This document shows positions 31,614 through 42,258 of a stretch of DNA of 64,000 nucleotides, piece by piece. The translations under genes and the position numbers were made by a program. Origin of the DNA: Nitrospirota bacterium (GTDB lineage: Bacteria > Nitrospirota > Thermodesulfovibrionia > Thermodesulfovibrionales > Dissulfurispiraceae); contig CAVPZX010000006.1 in assembly GCA_963710375.1 (NCBI GenBank), positions 94,467 to 158,466 of the forward strand. The letters are read 5' to 3'. Within the stretch, counting starts at the first letter, position 1; each line of letters starts with the position of its first letter. The notes beneath the pieces are model-generated. The model did no database searches, was not told the DNA's origin, and saw nothing but the letters and a program-made list of their open reading frames with translations.

Positions 31614-32378
31614 TTAAAACGATTGTATATTCGTAGAACCAAAAAAAGAATCCGCAATATCCGGATTAATGAAATATTTGTCGATCACCGTTTGCGCTAT
31701 CTTCATTCCTGCAGCATAATTGGTGATGCTGAAGGGAAATAGAGAGCCGCCGACTTTCTTAAAGTCCGAGTATTCTGTAGAAAGATACATCCTTTTATCG
31801 TCTTCGCTGAAATAACCGGTAACTTTTACTATAATAAAAGTATGCACGTCAATAAAAACATCCATTATAGTACCCTCTTTATCAATCAGTCGCAGGACCT
31901 CAACAGGATTACCGTTTACGGAAGATTGTCCGGCGAAACTTATCTTATATGATCCCTTCAACAGGTCATGGAGTATGTCCAGGTGCTTATACTGATAAAG
32001 CATAGAAAAATACCTCGCACCGAATACTTCTTCAAGGGGAAGTCCGTCATCGCTCCTGTACCCTCTGTCGCCGTTCAATATCCTGAGTTCCGATGCGTGC
32101 TCGTATTTAGTTTCTACCCGGAGTTTCCTTTCTCTTTTCAAATAAAGCTCATACGTCCCATGGTCTTGGCGCATAAAAGCCTGGATTTCCCCTTTTGCAT
32201 GAATGGAATGTATTCCTTCTACAACTTTTTTGCCGCCATAAGCGTCGATTACCTTACTAATGATAGATGTGATATGCTGGGCCTCAACCGGCGCTTCATC
32301 CGCAAAGAGGCCTTCCGGTCCTGTGAGAAAAAAGACGCAGACTAAAATGTAAATTACATGTGTCATTCGATTTTTCAT
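31614..32378 (-). CDS. Exported hypothetical protein (possible LolA-like fold)
   Basis: Signal peptide; pattern I.AYGG...; YSDFKKVGG.LFP; start uncertain. Confidence 0.6.
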   Translation of the reverse strand: MKNRMTHVIYILVCVFFLTGPEGLFADEAPVEAQHITSIISKVIDAYGGKKVVEGIHSIHAKGEIQAFMRQDHGTYELYLKRERKLRVETKYEHASELRILNGDRGYRSDDGLPLEEVFGARYFSMLYQYKHLDILHDLLKGSYKISFAGQSSVNGNPVEVLRLIDKEGTIMDVFIDVHTFIIVKVTGYFSEDDKRMYLSTEYSDFKKVGGSLFPFSITNYAAGMKIAQTVIDKYFINPDIADSFFGSTNIQSF

Positions 32379-32432
32379 GAGAATCTTTTCACGATACTGC
32401 TTTGATAAAGTTAATATCAATGCCAATCAGGA

Positions 32433-33374
32433 TCAGGATCCGGTTTTTCTCATTTCTACATAATGCGCTGCAGCCAGCGCTGCTATACACCCGTCGGAGG
32501 CGGCTATCACTATCTGGTTTGCGAACTTCCGCCTCAAGTCTCCAACGGCGAAGAGTCCCGGGACGTTCGTCTCACACTTATCATCCGTAATTACGAAACC
32601 CTGTTCGTTTATTCGGACTTCCTTGGGGACCAACTGATTATTTGGAGAATAGCCGATAAGAATGAAGACGCCGTCAACCTGTAGTTCTCCTTTTTTTCCC
32701 GTTTCGGTATTTTCGTACGAGACCGCTTCAACAGTCCTGCCGTCCCCCCTGATTTCTGTAATGATAGTGTTCCAAATTACCTCAATTCCGGGCTCAGACT
32801 TAAGACGACTTTGCAATATGTTGCTTGCGCGCAGCGCATTGCCCCTATGTACAAGGTATACTTTCTTTGCCAGTCTCGACAGGTAAACTGCCTCCTCGAC
32901 AGCGGTATCTCCCCCACCGACGACAACGACGCTCTTGTCTTTGAAGAAGAAGCCGTCGCATGTGGCGCAATAGGAAACGCCCGCTCCTAAGTATTCCGCT
33001 TCACCCGGGATTCCGAGCTTTCGCAAGGTCCCTCCCACTGCAATAATCAGGGCAACAGTATGGAGCAGCTTACCGCCGGCAAGTCGGACCGAGTGGAGCT
33101 CTGTCCCGCAGTTTATCGATGCAATTTCCTGCGGGATAATTCTCAGGCCGAAGGAGCCGGCCTGGTGGACCAGTTTTTCTGCCAAATCAAATCCGGTTAT
33201 GCCCTCCAGGCCCGGGTAGTTATCAACCTCTTTTGATATTGCAATCTGGCCGCCGATCAATCCTTTCTCGAAAAGGACAGTTTTCAAAGCCGCTCTTTTG
33301 CAATATATCCCCGCAGTAAGCCCTGCAGGCCCCCCTCCCACAATAATTACTTCATATGTTTCATCAATGTTCAT
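32433..33374 (-). CDS. trxB: Thioredoxin-disulfide reductase
   Basis: GGGPAG, GVSYCATCDG, GGGDTA.EEA, HR. Confidence 0.95.
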   Translation of the reverse strand: MNIDETYEVIIVGGGPAGLTAGIYCKRAALKTVLFEKGLIGGQIAISKEVDNYPGLEGITGFDLAEKLVHQAGSFGLRIIPQEIASINCGTELHSVRLAGGKLLHTVALIIAVGGTLRKLGIPGEAEYLGAGVSYCATCDGFFFKDKSVVVVGGGDTAVEEAVYLSRLAKKVYLVHRGNALRASNILQSRLKSEPGIEVIWNTIITEIRGDGRTVEAVSYENTETGKKGELQVDGVFILIGYSPNNQLVPKEVRINEQGFVITDDKCETNVPGLFAVGDLRRKFANQIVIAASDGCIAALAAAHYVEMRKTGS

Positions 33375-33405
33375 AGTTTCTCTTTATATTATACATGTTA
33401 TGTAG

Positions 33406-34581
33406 CTAAAGTCTCCGTCTGAAGAAAGAGAAAAAGTATTCCTTCGCCTTTTCCTTAAGCGGCCTGCCACGCCATTCCTCCGGATCTATTCTTATAGAGT
33501 GTTTAATGTCCTCCTCGAAGAGGTCACTAATTTTAGCCGCGAAATTGAGATCGAGTATGCCTACATTTCCTTCGTCATTATAGCGCAGGGACTGGAAATC
33601 GAGATTGGTGGAGCCTATGATTCCCCAGCAGTCGTCGAAAAGAGATGTCTTTGCATGCAGTATCTCGCCGGCATAGGAATAAATTTCGACACCGGCCTTC
33701 AGCAGCCGCGCAAAAAAAGCTCGTCCTGCATATGCTGCCGGTGGGAAGTCTGTTATCCCGGGCACGAGCAGCCTTACGCGTACTCCGCGAGCCACTGCAT
33801 TCTCAAGGGTCTCGACCATTCTTCTGCTAGGAGTGAAGTAAGCGGTAGTCAGGGCGATGCTTTTTTGCGCATGGTTAATACTGTAATAGAGAAGCCTCCG
33901 CATCTTTCTTCTTCCCCTGGCCGAATTAACAAAAATAGGCATGACCGGAATGGCGCAAGAGTCTCCGGAATAGCTGCCTTGAATTATTTCCAAGGGAGAT
34001 TCGATCATTTCACCTGCCCAGACTAACCAGTTCTTCCGGAAGATCCTGAAGAGTTCGTGTGCCACAGGCCCTTCGAGCATAATGCCTGTGTCCCGCCATT
34101 TCCTGCCTTTGAGCCTCAGATGAAAGCCGCTGTATTCGTTGGCAATGTTCAGTCCGCCGGTGAATGCCTTCTGATCGTCGATAACAATAAGCTTCCGGTG
34201 GTCCCGGTGAACATAATAGGATGGATAAATCCACTTAAACGGGTGTGATGCCGCTGTCCCTATACCTGCTTCTTTCAAGCTGTTCCAGAAATCCCGTGGT
34301 GTGCCAAAAGAGCCGAAATGGTCGTACAGCAGGTACACCCGTACCCCTTCTCGGCTCTTTTGTTTCAATATCTCAGCCAGTTCAGAGCCGGTCTCGTCAT
34401 TTCTGAATATATAAAATTCAAGGCAGATGAGCCGTTTAGCACTTCTGACAGCGTCAAAAATGGTAGTAAAGGATTCCCTTCCCTTCCATAGGAGCTTTAT
34501 GGAGTGCGCTGCAGAAAACTTTTCCTTGACTATCTCTTCAATAGTAGGTGCGGCAAACGTTTGCGTATATTCAAGGGCCAT
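33406..34581 (-). CDS. Phospholipase D family cardiolipin synthase (ClsB-like)
   Basis: Two HKD motifs (DHRKLIVID, LHAKTSLFD). Confidence 0.88.
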   Translation of the reverse strand: MALEYTQTFAAPTIEEIVKEKFSAAHSIKLLWKGRESFTTIFDAVRSAKRLICLEFYIFRNDETGSELAEILKQKSREGVRVYLLYDHFGSFGTPRDFWNSLKEAGIGTAASHPFKWIYPSYYVHRDHRKLIVIDDQKAFTGGLNIANEYSGFHLRLKGRKWRDTGIMLEGPVAHELFRIFRKNWLVWAGEMIESPLEIIQGSYSGDSCAIPVMPIFVNSARGRRKMRRLLYYSINHAQKSIALTTAYFTPSRRMVETLENAVARGVRVRLLVPGITDFPPAAYAGRAFFARLLKAGVEIYSYAGEILHAKTSLFDDCWGIIGSTNLDFQSLRYNDEGNVGILDLNFAAKISDLFEEDIKHSIRIDPEEWRGRPLKEKAKEYFFSFFRRRL

Positions 34582-34602
34582 ATGTTAATGCCGGCTTTCA
34601 TT

Positions 34603-36231
34603 CTACAGCTTGAATTTGTCAACCTCGTTCTTCAGTTCCATGGACACCTTTGACAGGTCGAGAGATGCCTGTTTTATCTGTGTGGCGCTTGAGCTGGTTT
34701 CCTGTGCAACGGAAGCTATGACCTCTATATCGGAGCTTATGGAATCCGATACCGTTGACATCTCCTCGGTTGCGGAGGCTATCTGCTGTACCATGGACTG
34801 TAAACCGTTTACGCTCTCAACTATCTTTTGCAAAGCGTCTCCGGCCTCTGTCGAAAGCCTGGCTCCCAATTCCACTCTTTTAAGGGTGTTTTCCATAGCA
34901 GACACTGCCTGGTCCGTCTCACCCTGTATGCCCTGTATCATCCCGCTGATCTCTGTCGTTGCTTTCGAGGTTCTTTCAGCAAGTTTTCTGACTTCATCCG
35001 CTACTACGGCAAACCCTCTGCCCTGCTCGCCGGCTCTTGCCGCCTCGATAGCCGCATTAAGCGCAAGGAGGTTAGTCTGATCGGCAATGTCTTTTATTAC
35101 GTCTATTATTTCGCCTATCTGTTTTGAACGCTCGCCAAGCGAGGTTATCAACTGAGATGATTCCGACACAGTCCTCGAAATCTCCTGTACCTCGTCAACT
35201 GTCTTGGTTACGACGCCTTTTCCGTCATGGGCCACATTCAATGTGTCATTTGAAGAGGCCGCTATGTTTGAGGCATTCTTGGCTATGTCCAGCACGGTCT
35301 GTGACATCTCTGTGGATGCAGTTGCCACCTGGTTCGCCTTATTGGCCTGTTCGTTCACCCTTTTCGTTATCTCTTCAACAGTGACAGAGAGTTCTTCGGA
35401 ACTGCTCGCGATAGTGCTTGAGCTCTTGCCTATCTTCCCTGTCATAGACCTGAGACTTCTGACCATGTTTTGCATTGCGGAAAGGAGGAGTCCGGCCTCA
35501 TCTTTTCTTGTAAATTCTATCTTTACGGTAAGATCACCTTCTGACAGGGAATTGGCTATGCTGACAGCTTTGGCCAGAGGCTCCGTGATGCTGCGTGTGA
35601 CGAGATAATTTATCGCAACGGCAAAAACCAATGCCACGAGGAGGAGAAGAATTATGACATTTCGGGATATCACGTACCTTTCACCAGCGTCTTTCAAGGA
35701 TTTTTCCATTAATTTTTGCTGGTGACCAATAAGGCCTTCAGCGGCGTCTATATAAGCTGTTTGGGTCGCACGCATGGTTGTCAGCAATGATTTTTTTGCA
35801 TCTTCGCCTTGACCTGCCTTTATCATGTCGATCATTTTGTCCTGTTCGGACAGATAGCCAGGGACGGCATCTTTTAATTTCTTTAAAAAAGCGGACCCCT
35901 CAGTGTCCTGGATGAGCTGGCCCATCTTTTCGATATCCTTTGACATCGAACTCCTTGCATCGTAAATCCTTTTGAGTTCAGCCTGAACTGTTTCAGGTTC
36001 ATTTATAAAGATGACCATGTTTCTCAAGGCCCGTGCATTAACATTGGCATGGTCTATTATGTCTTTGGACAGGACTACTTTGGGCAATTTGTCATTTACT
36101 ACATTCTCCACTTGACTGTTAAGCATTGAAAGACCCGTAAACGCAAGAATGCCTATTGTTAGCATCAATACCGTAATAATGCAGTACCCGACTCCAGATC
36201 TTTTACCTACCGATATGTCTTTTAGTCTCAT
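34603..36231 (-). CDS. Methyl-accepting chemotaxis protein (4HB sensor, HAMP)
   Basis: Two TM helices, HAMP domain, [38 protein letters not shown]. Confidence 0.96.
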   Translation of the reverse strand: MRLKDISVGKRSGVGYCIITVLMLTIGILAFTGLSMLNSQVENVVNDKLPKVVLSKDIIDHANVNARALRNMVIFINEPETVQAELKRIYDARSSMSKDIEKMGQLIQDTEGSAFLKKLKDAVPGYLSEQDKMIDMIKAGQGEDAKKSLLTTMRATQTAYIDAAEGLIGHQQKLMEKSLKDAGERYVISRNVIILLLLVALVFAVAINYLVTRSITEPLAKAVSIANSLSEGDLTVKIEFTRKDEAGLLLSAMQNMVRSLRSMTGKIGKSSSTIASSSEELSVTVEEITKRVNEQANKANQVATASTEMSQTVLDIAKNASNIAASSNDTLNVAHDGKGVVTKTVDEVQEISRTVSESSQLITSLGERSKQIGEIIDVIKDIADQTNLLALNAAIEAARAGEQGRGFAVVADEVRKLAERTSKATTEISGMIQGIQGETDQAVSAMENTLKRVELGARLSTEAGDALQKIVESVNGLQSMVQQIASATEEMSTVSDSISSDIEVIASVAQETSSSATQIKQASLDLSKVSMELKNEVDKFKL

Positions 36232-36375
36232 TTTCCGCTCCTCCGGGTATTTTTTATGAAGCCCTCCTCAGCCTATGTCGCTGTGCTTGGCAAATCAAAC
36301 AACTTAATATATCATAATCACAAAAGTGATGCTGGATTTTCAGCTGAAGTTGCCCTCGAGCAATTTTTTTGACGC

Positions 36376-36406
36376 AAAAAAATGGCAGGACATAATCCTG
36401 CCATTT
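36376..36406 (-). terminator. Intrinsic terminator in the leader upstream of the MCP gene
   Basis: 11-bp stem aaatggcagga/tcctgccattt with a 7-U tract on the minus strand, ~145 nt before the ATG. Confidence 0.65.
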
Positions 36407-36543
36407 CAACTTGATTCGTCCTGATATGGACTCTGATTGATAATTATCCCCCCATATCGCCAGCAGCTGCAAACTCGCTATCAAACGTTTCCGGCACTTT
36501 CACCGATATATAGGAAAAAACTTATCCTGTATAAAGTCAAGAC

Positions 36544-36631
36544 GTAAATGGTGAATAGTGAATGGTGAATAGAAACAGTAAGACGTGAGACCCTTTTTGC
36601 TTGCTTTTACTATTCACCATTCACTATTCAC
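36544..36631. repeat. Inverted heptamer array (GTGAATR)n / (YATTCAC)n
   Basis: gtaaatggtgaatagtgaatggtgaata, then tattcaccattcactattcac. Confidence 0.85.
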
Positions 36632-36702
36632 TCTTCTCCTGTCTTTCCTCATTTGCCGGAATACATTATAATTAGCTAAATAAAAGGTATGAGAGGAGGA
36701 CC

Positions 36703-37425
36703 ATGATAATTCTGGAAGACATTACTATGACGGATTTCAGTAAGTATTTGCGCCGAACCAAAACTATTGTTTTTCCTTTTGGGACCATAGAGGAACACGG
36801 CAGCCATCTGCCGCTGAATACTGATTCTTCAATTATTTATGCTGCCCTCAAGCGGCTGAAACGGAAAAAGGAATTTTTCCTTGCGCCGGTTGTTGATTAC
36901 GGGGTCTGCACGACGACGAAAGATCATCCCGGAACCCTGAGCATAGCTCCGGAAACACTCAGGCTCCTTTCCAGAGATCTCGTTACTGAAGCTTACAAAA
37001 AAGGACTCAGGAAATTCGTGCTAGTCTCAGGCCATGGGGGCAGCCTTCATATGTCGGCACTTAAGGAGACTGCGGAAGAACTTGTCGAGCGCCTCGATCT
37101 GATAACAATCGCTGTTTTCACTCCATATGATCTTTTATGGAAAGAACTGTCCGGGATAACCGAAACCTCCAATGACTCGCATGCCGGAGAAATGGAGACG
37201 TCCATGATGTTGTACTTGGCGCCCGAACTAGTTAAGGGAAGGGCGCGGGAGGAGTATCCGAAAATACCCAGACCTCTGAGTGTAAAGGACAAAGTCAGTT
37301 ACTGGCCCGGCGGTGTGTGGGGAAATCCAGGGAAAGCGTCAGCCGTTAAAGGTGAAAAGGCAGTGGCACTGATTTCGGCAAAGATCAATGAAGTGCTGGA
37401 TATTGTTGAAAAGAAAGGTAAATAG
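36703..37425 (+). CDS. Creatininase-family amidohydrolase
   Basis: PFGTIEEHG.HLP..TD, SGHGG, HAGEMETS. Confidence 0.9.
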   Translation: MIILEDITMTDFSKYLRRTKTIVFPFGTIEEHGSHLPLNTDSSIIYAALKRLKRKKEFFLAPVVDYGVCTTTKDHPGTLSIAPETLRLLSRDLVTEAYKKGLRKFVLVSGHGGSLHMSALKETAEELVERLDLITIAVFTPYDLLWKELSGITETSNDSHAGEMETSMMLYLAPELVKGRAREEYPKIPRPLSVKDKVSYWPGGVWGNPGKASAVKGEKAVALISAKINEVLDIVEKKGK

Positions 37426-37434
37426 AAATTTAGC

Positions 37435-37848
37435 ATGCAATTCGAGATACTGGATATTTCAGGGGATACAGGTATCAAAGCATATGGAAAGACTGTCTCA
37501 GAGGCATATGCCAATGCCGGCATCGGAATGTATAGCCTGATCACCGATATCAGTGGTGTGTATGAGCGGGAAAGGGTTGAGTTTCAACTGAGCGGGGATT
37601 CTCCCGAAGGTATGCTGGCAGCATACCTTAATGAGCTGATATTTCGCTTTGATACCCAAGGTTTTGTAGGCAGAAGGGTCGAAGTGCCAGACCTTTCCGG
37701 CAGCTTCATTCGTGTAATTGTGCATGGCGAAGAGTTTGATGCTGACAGGCATGAACGGCGATTGCTTATCAAGGCTGCCACGTATCATAATATAAGAATT
37801 GAACGGACTGATAATGTGTGGGAGGTTGAAGTTGTTTTTGATATCTAG
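37435..37848 (+). CDS. Archease
   Basis: FE.LD...D.G, IKAATYH, C-terminal V.FDI; upstream of rtcB. Confidence 0.9.
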   Translation: MQFEILDISGDTGIKAYGKTVSEAYANAGIGMYSLITDISGVYERERVEFQLSGDSPEGMLAAYLNELIFRFDTQGFVGRRVEVPDLSGSFIRVIVHGEEFDADRHERRLLIKAATYHNIRIERTDNVWEVEVVFDI

Positions 37849-37859
37849 AGGTACTTTGC

Positions 37860-39305
37860 ATGTTACTTGAGAAGCTCAAAAGGATAGATGAAAACAGGCT
37901 AGAAGTGCCGCGTGATTACAAACCCGGCATGGGGACGCGCGGTGTTATCTATGTTGACAGGCTTCTTGAGGAAGCGCTGGAACAGGGCGCTATTGAGCAG
38001 GTTGCCAATGTTGCTTCGTTGCCGGGGATTGTCGGAGCTTCAATGGCGATGCCGGATGTGCATACCGGCTATGGATTCCCCATAGGCGGGGTAGCTGCGT
38101 TTGACATTCAGGGAGGTGTTATTTCACCAGGAGGCGTCGGGTATGATATTAACTGCGGGGTGAGGCTCTTGAGAAGTAATCTCGATAGGGAGCATCTGCT
38201 GCCTCGCATTAAAGAACTGGTCGATGTCCTTTTCAGGGAAATACCCGCAGGCGTGGGCTCAAAAGGAAAGGTCAGGCTGGGACCTGCTGATGAGGAGAAA
38301 GTGCTGCTAAAAGGGGCGAGGTGGGCGGTTGAAAGAGGCTTTGGCGATATGGCCGACCTTGAACGGATTGAATCCGGAGGCTGCCTTGAAGGGGCTGACT
38401 CATCGCTGGTGAGCAAGAAGGCTTATGACAGGGGCGCCGCGCAGCAGGGCACGCTGGGGGCGGGAAACCATTTCCTCGAAATCCAGTATGTTGATATGAT
38501 ATACGATGAAGATGCGGCAAGGGCGCTGAATCTCTTTAGAGATCAGATAACGGTAATGATTCACACAGGATCTCGGGGGTTTGGCCATCAGGTTTGCACT
38601 GACTTTCTTGAAGTTATGTCGCGGGCTGCTAAGAAGTATGGCATTGAACTGCCGGACAGGGAACTTGCCTGCGCACCTTTCGGCAGTGGCGAGGCGCAAG
38701 ACTATCTGGCTGCAATGAAAGCTGCAGCCAATTATGCCTGGGCCAACAGGCAGTGTCTTATGCACTGGACACGGGAGGCGTTCATGTCAGTGCTAAGGGT
38801 GGGGCCGCAAGATTTGGGAATGTCTCTTGTCTATGATGTGGCACATAACATGGCAAAGGTCGAGGAGCATACAGTGAATGGCCGGAAGGTAAAACTGGTG
38901 GTCCACAGAAAGGGCAGCACCAGGGCGTTTCCACCAGGTCATCCCGAACTGCCTGCCGTATACCGCGATCTCGGCCAACCTGTGCTAATCCCCGGAGATA
39001 TGGGGCGAGCGTCATTCGTCCTTCTCGGAACAGAAAAGGCAATGCATGAGACCTTTGGCTCTACCTGTCATGGCGCAGGGAGAATGCTGTCCAGGCATCA
39101 GGCCATCAGGCAGGCAAAGGGGCGTGCCATCTGGAGGGAATTGGCGGACAAGGGAGTTATCGTGAAGTCATCTGGAAGGGATACACTTGCAGAAGAGATG
39201 CCGGAGGCATACAAAGACGTGTCCAGTGTAGTGAATGTCGTTCATAATGCAGGCATTTCAAAAAAGGTGGCACGTCTCAGACCTTTAGGAGTCATTAAAG
39301 GATGA
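37860..39305 (+). CDS. rtcB: RNA-splicing/repair ligase RtcB
   Basis: MPDVH.GYGFPIGG, GYDINCG, GNHFLE, HTGSRG, HRKG, STCHGAGR. Confidence 0.96.
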   Translation: MLLEKLKRIDENRLEVPRDYKPGMGTRGVIYVDRLLEEALEQGAIEQVANVASLPGIVGASMAMPDVHTGYGFPIGGVAAFDIQGGVISPGGVGYDINCGVRLLRSNLDREHLLPRIKELVDVLFREIPAGVGSKGKVRLGPADEEKVLLKGARWAVERGFGDMADLERIESGGCLEGADSSLVSKKAYDRGAAQQGTLGAGNHFLEIQYVDMIYDEDAARALNLFRDQITVMIHTGSRGFGHQVCTDFLEVMSRAAKKYGIELPDRELACAPFGSGEAQDYLAAMKAAANYAWANRQCLMHWTREAFMSVLRVGPQDLGMSLVYDVAHNMAKVEEHTVNGRKVKLVVHRKGSTRAFPPGHPELPAVYRDLGQPVLIPGDMGRASFVLLGTEKAMHETFGSTCHGAGRMLSRHQAIRQAKGRAIWRELADKGVIVKSSGRDTLAEEMPEAYKDVSSVVNVVHNAGISKKVARLRPLGVIKG

Positions 39306-40108
39306 ACGGCAAAAAGCTTGTCATAGGCAGGATACCGTATGCGAATGTGTTCCCGATTTTTTATGTGCTCGAACACGAGGTTGATTGCTCACAATATACA
39401 TTCGTGGAGGGTGTGCCCTCTCGCCTGAACAGGATGCTCAGGGAAGGGGAAGTGGATATCAGTCCCTCCTCATCCATAGAATATCTTGGGCATATGGGAA
39501 GTTACGAGATAATCAGCAATCATTCTATCAGTTCCAGGGGGCCGGTGGGGAGCATATTGCTTTTTACCCCTAAACCTGTTGAAGAACTGCAAGGCTCCGT
39601 AGTCTTTGCTTCATCACAGTCCGAAACATCGGTTGCTCTCCTTAAGATTGTCCTCAGGAGGTTTTACGGATTATCTGCAACGGTCGAGGCAGTCTCGCAT
39701 CCTATCCAGACCGGAGCCGGAAGGGCGGCTTTTCTTTTGATCGGCGATGATGCCTTGAGACAACAGGCATCCAGTCACGCATCGTACAAAGCCAATTATC
39801 CTTTTATATACGACCTTGGCGAGATATGGTACCGGCAAACCGGCCTGCCGTTTGTTTTTGCCCTCTGGATAGTCAGAAAGGACATCCCTGACAAAAAAGA
39901 GCTTGTCGATAAATTTATTATTGACCTTAACAGGGCCAAAGAGTCTGCCCTTAAAAAGCTTGCCGAGATCGCCCAATATACACCGATACGGTCGTTCATG
40001 ACAGAGGAAGAGATCCTGACATACTGGAAAAAGCTCGATTACGAGCTCTCAGCGGAGCACAAGAAAGGCCTCGCATTGTTCGACCAGTATAGGAAAGAGG
40101 TTTCTTAG
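39302..40108 (+). CDS. mqnA: Chorismate dehydratase of the futalosine menaquinone pathway
   Basis: GRIPYAN..P, S.TS, LLIGD.AL, DLG..W...TGLPFVFALW. Confidence 0.88.
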   Translation: MNGKKLVIGRIPYANVFPIFYVLEHEVDCSQYTFVEGVPSRLNRMLREGEVDISPSSSIEYLGHMGSYEIISNHSISSRGPVGSILLFTPKPVEELQGSVVFASSQSETSVALLKIVLRRFYGLSATVEAVSHPIQTGAGRAAFLLIGDDALRQQASSHASYKANYPFIYDLGEIWYRQTGLPFVFALWIVRKDIPDKKELVDKFIIDLNRAKESALKKLAEIAQYTPIRSFMTEEEILTYWKKLDYELSAEHKKGLALFDQYRKEVS

Positions 40109-40262
40109 ATAGCCTGGGTGCTATCGAAGAAAATCAGCACTAACAATGTCTTCACATATTTCTTGCGAAATATAGGCTGTATTATGTTACGATATAGGTC
40201 GAATTTAATTAGCTTTCTTTAGTAAAAGCATTAAAAATTATTGTCGGATACGGAGGTGTATC

Positions 40263-40616
40263 ATGTTGCATTTATTTGATTTTGTTACAAGTGCTTATGC
40301 CATGGGGCCTGCACCCCAGGCTGGCGGCACGTCAGGCGGTATGGCTGGAATGGTCACCAGTCTTCTTCCTCTGATACTTATCTTCGTTGTTTTTTATTTT
40401 CTGCTCATACGGCCCCAGCAGAAGAAGGCGAAAGATCACCAGCTTATGCTTGAAAGTGTTAAGAAGGGTGACAAAGTTATCACTGCAGGAGGTATTTACG
40501 GTCTGGTTGACAGTGTCGGCACTAATACGCTTGTCCTGAAAGTAGCTGAAAACGTCAAGATAAAAATCGGCAAGGGCTATATCGCTACGGTGCGTGTGGC
40601 ATCGGACGAGGATTAA
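40263..40616 (+). CDS. yajC: Preprotein translocase subunit YajC
   Basis: FYFLLIRPQQK, KGDKVIT.GG. Confidence 0.95.
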   Translation: MLHLFDFVTSAYAMGPAPQAGGTSGGMAGMVTSLLPLILIFVVFYFLLIRPQQKKAKDHQLMLESVKKGDKVITAGGIYGLVDSVGTNTLVLKVAENVKIKIGKGYIATVRVASDED

Positions 40617-40634
40617 CAGGAGGATACACGTCTC

Positions 40635-42258
40635 ATGAAGAAAGGTATTGTTTGGAGGGTCGGCATAATTGCCGTAATGATCGTGCTTGCGGTCATTTTC
40701 TTTTTGCCCAACACACCGCTGTTTAAAAACGTGCCCGATTGGTGGCAGAAGAATATGCCTAATAAAGGCATAGTTCTTGGGCTGGACCTTCAGGGAGGGC
40801 TCCATCTTCTTTTTGAGGTTGAGGGTGACAAGGCAGTTGAGATAGCTGCCCAGCGTATCGCATCTACACTGAATGGCGTGTTTGAGAGGAAAAAGATCAA
40901 CGCAACCGCAAAGAATGAGGGACTGTTTGTGACGGTGACGCCGGCCGGCATGGATGTGAGAAAGGTAATAGAAGATACATATCCTGCGCTGTCTCTTGTC
41001 GAGAGCTCAAGTATGCTGCGATACACGCTCTCTCAAAGAGAACAGCAGCATATTAAAGATACCGCCACAGACCAGGTACTCGAAATTATAAGAAACAGGA
41101 TAGACCAGTTCGGTGTTGCTGAACCCACTATTCAGCGGCAAGGTACAAATGAGATTGTTGTTCAGTCTGCCGGGCGTAAAAGATCCGAAAAGGGCTATCG
41201 AGATCATCGGCAAAACAGCGCAGTTGGAGTTCAAGCTCGTTGATGATGAAGCCGCCGCTGCCGCAGGATTACCTGCTTCAATCCTCCCTGGTGAGGAAGC
41301 CCAGTTGATGGAGAGGGTGCAAAATAAACTGGCCGAGGGGGATGAAATACTGTATCAGCGGGTAACTAACAAAGATACGGGCATTGTTACCAGGAGGCCT
41401 TTTGTTCTCAAGAAGCAGACACTGCTTACAGGCGACCTTCTGACCGAGGCAAAGGTTAATATCGACCAGCGGTTCAACGAGCCATATGTCTCGATAACGT
41501 TTAACAGCACCGGTGCAAAGATTTTTGAGGACATTACCGCTCAGAATGTGAAAAAACGGCTCGCTATTATTCTTGACGGCAATGTGTACTCCGCTCCTGT
41601 TATACAGGAGAAGATAAGCGGCGGGAATGCCCAGATAACCGGCAGCTTCACCATGGAAGAGGCGAGAGACCTGGCGATTGTTTTAAGGGCCGGCGCGCTT
41701 CCTGCTCCTGTCAAGATGCTGCAAAATGTGACTGTCGGCCCATCCCTGGGGAGGGACTCAATTCAGGCAGGCAAACTGGCCGGAATAATGGGCACTATTT
41801 TTGTTGTGGCCTTCATGATTTTCTATTACAGGTTGTCGGGTCTTATAGCTGATTTTGCGCTCGCTCTCAATATATTGCTTCTGATGGGAGCTATGGCCTC
41901 AATCAATTCTACGCTGACCATGCCCGGTATTGCCGGGATTATCCTTGCCGTGGGTATGGCCGTCGATTCCAACGTACTCATGTTTGAAAGGATCAGGGAA
42001 GAACTGAGAAGCGGAAAAAAACCGAAGGCAGCGGTGGATGGCGGATACCAGAAGGCGTTCTGGACTATTTTCGACTCTCATGTGACAACACTTATAACAG
42101 CTGCCGTATTGTTCCAGTTTGGCACGGGGCCGATAAAGGGTTTTGCCGTTACTCTGAGCCTTGGTGTTGCGATCAATCTGTTTACGGCACTCATCGGCAC
42201 CAAGACTGTCTTTGACATTATGTATTCCAAAAAAGAAACTCAGGGGCTCAGCATATGA
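40635..42258 (+). CDS. secD: Protein translocase subunit SecD, split by a +1 frameshift near 41166
   Basis: LGLDLQGG and RIDQFGV.EP in the first frame; [20 protein letters not shown] and FERIREE in the second. Removing T41166 restores EIVVQLPG. Confidence 0.92.

Noticed and set aside
36289..36380. c-di-GMP-I riboswitch (GGCAAA ... GACGCAAA)
   Set aside because: The motifs are on the wrong strand for the MCP gene, too far apart, and lack the GAAA-tetraloop stem.
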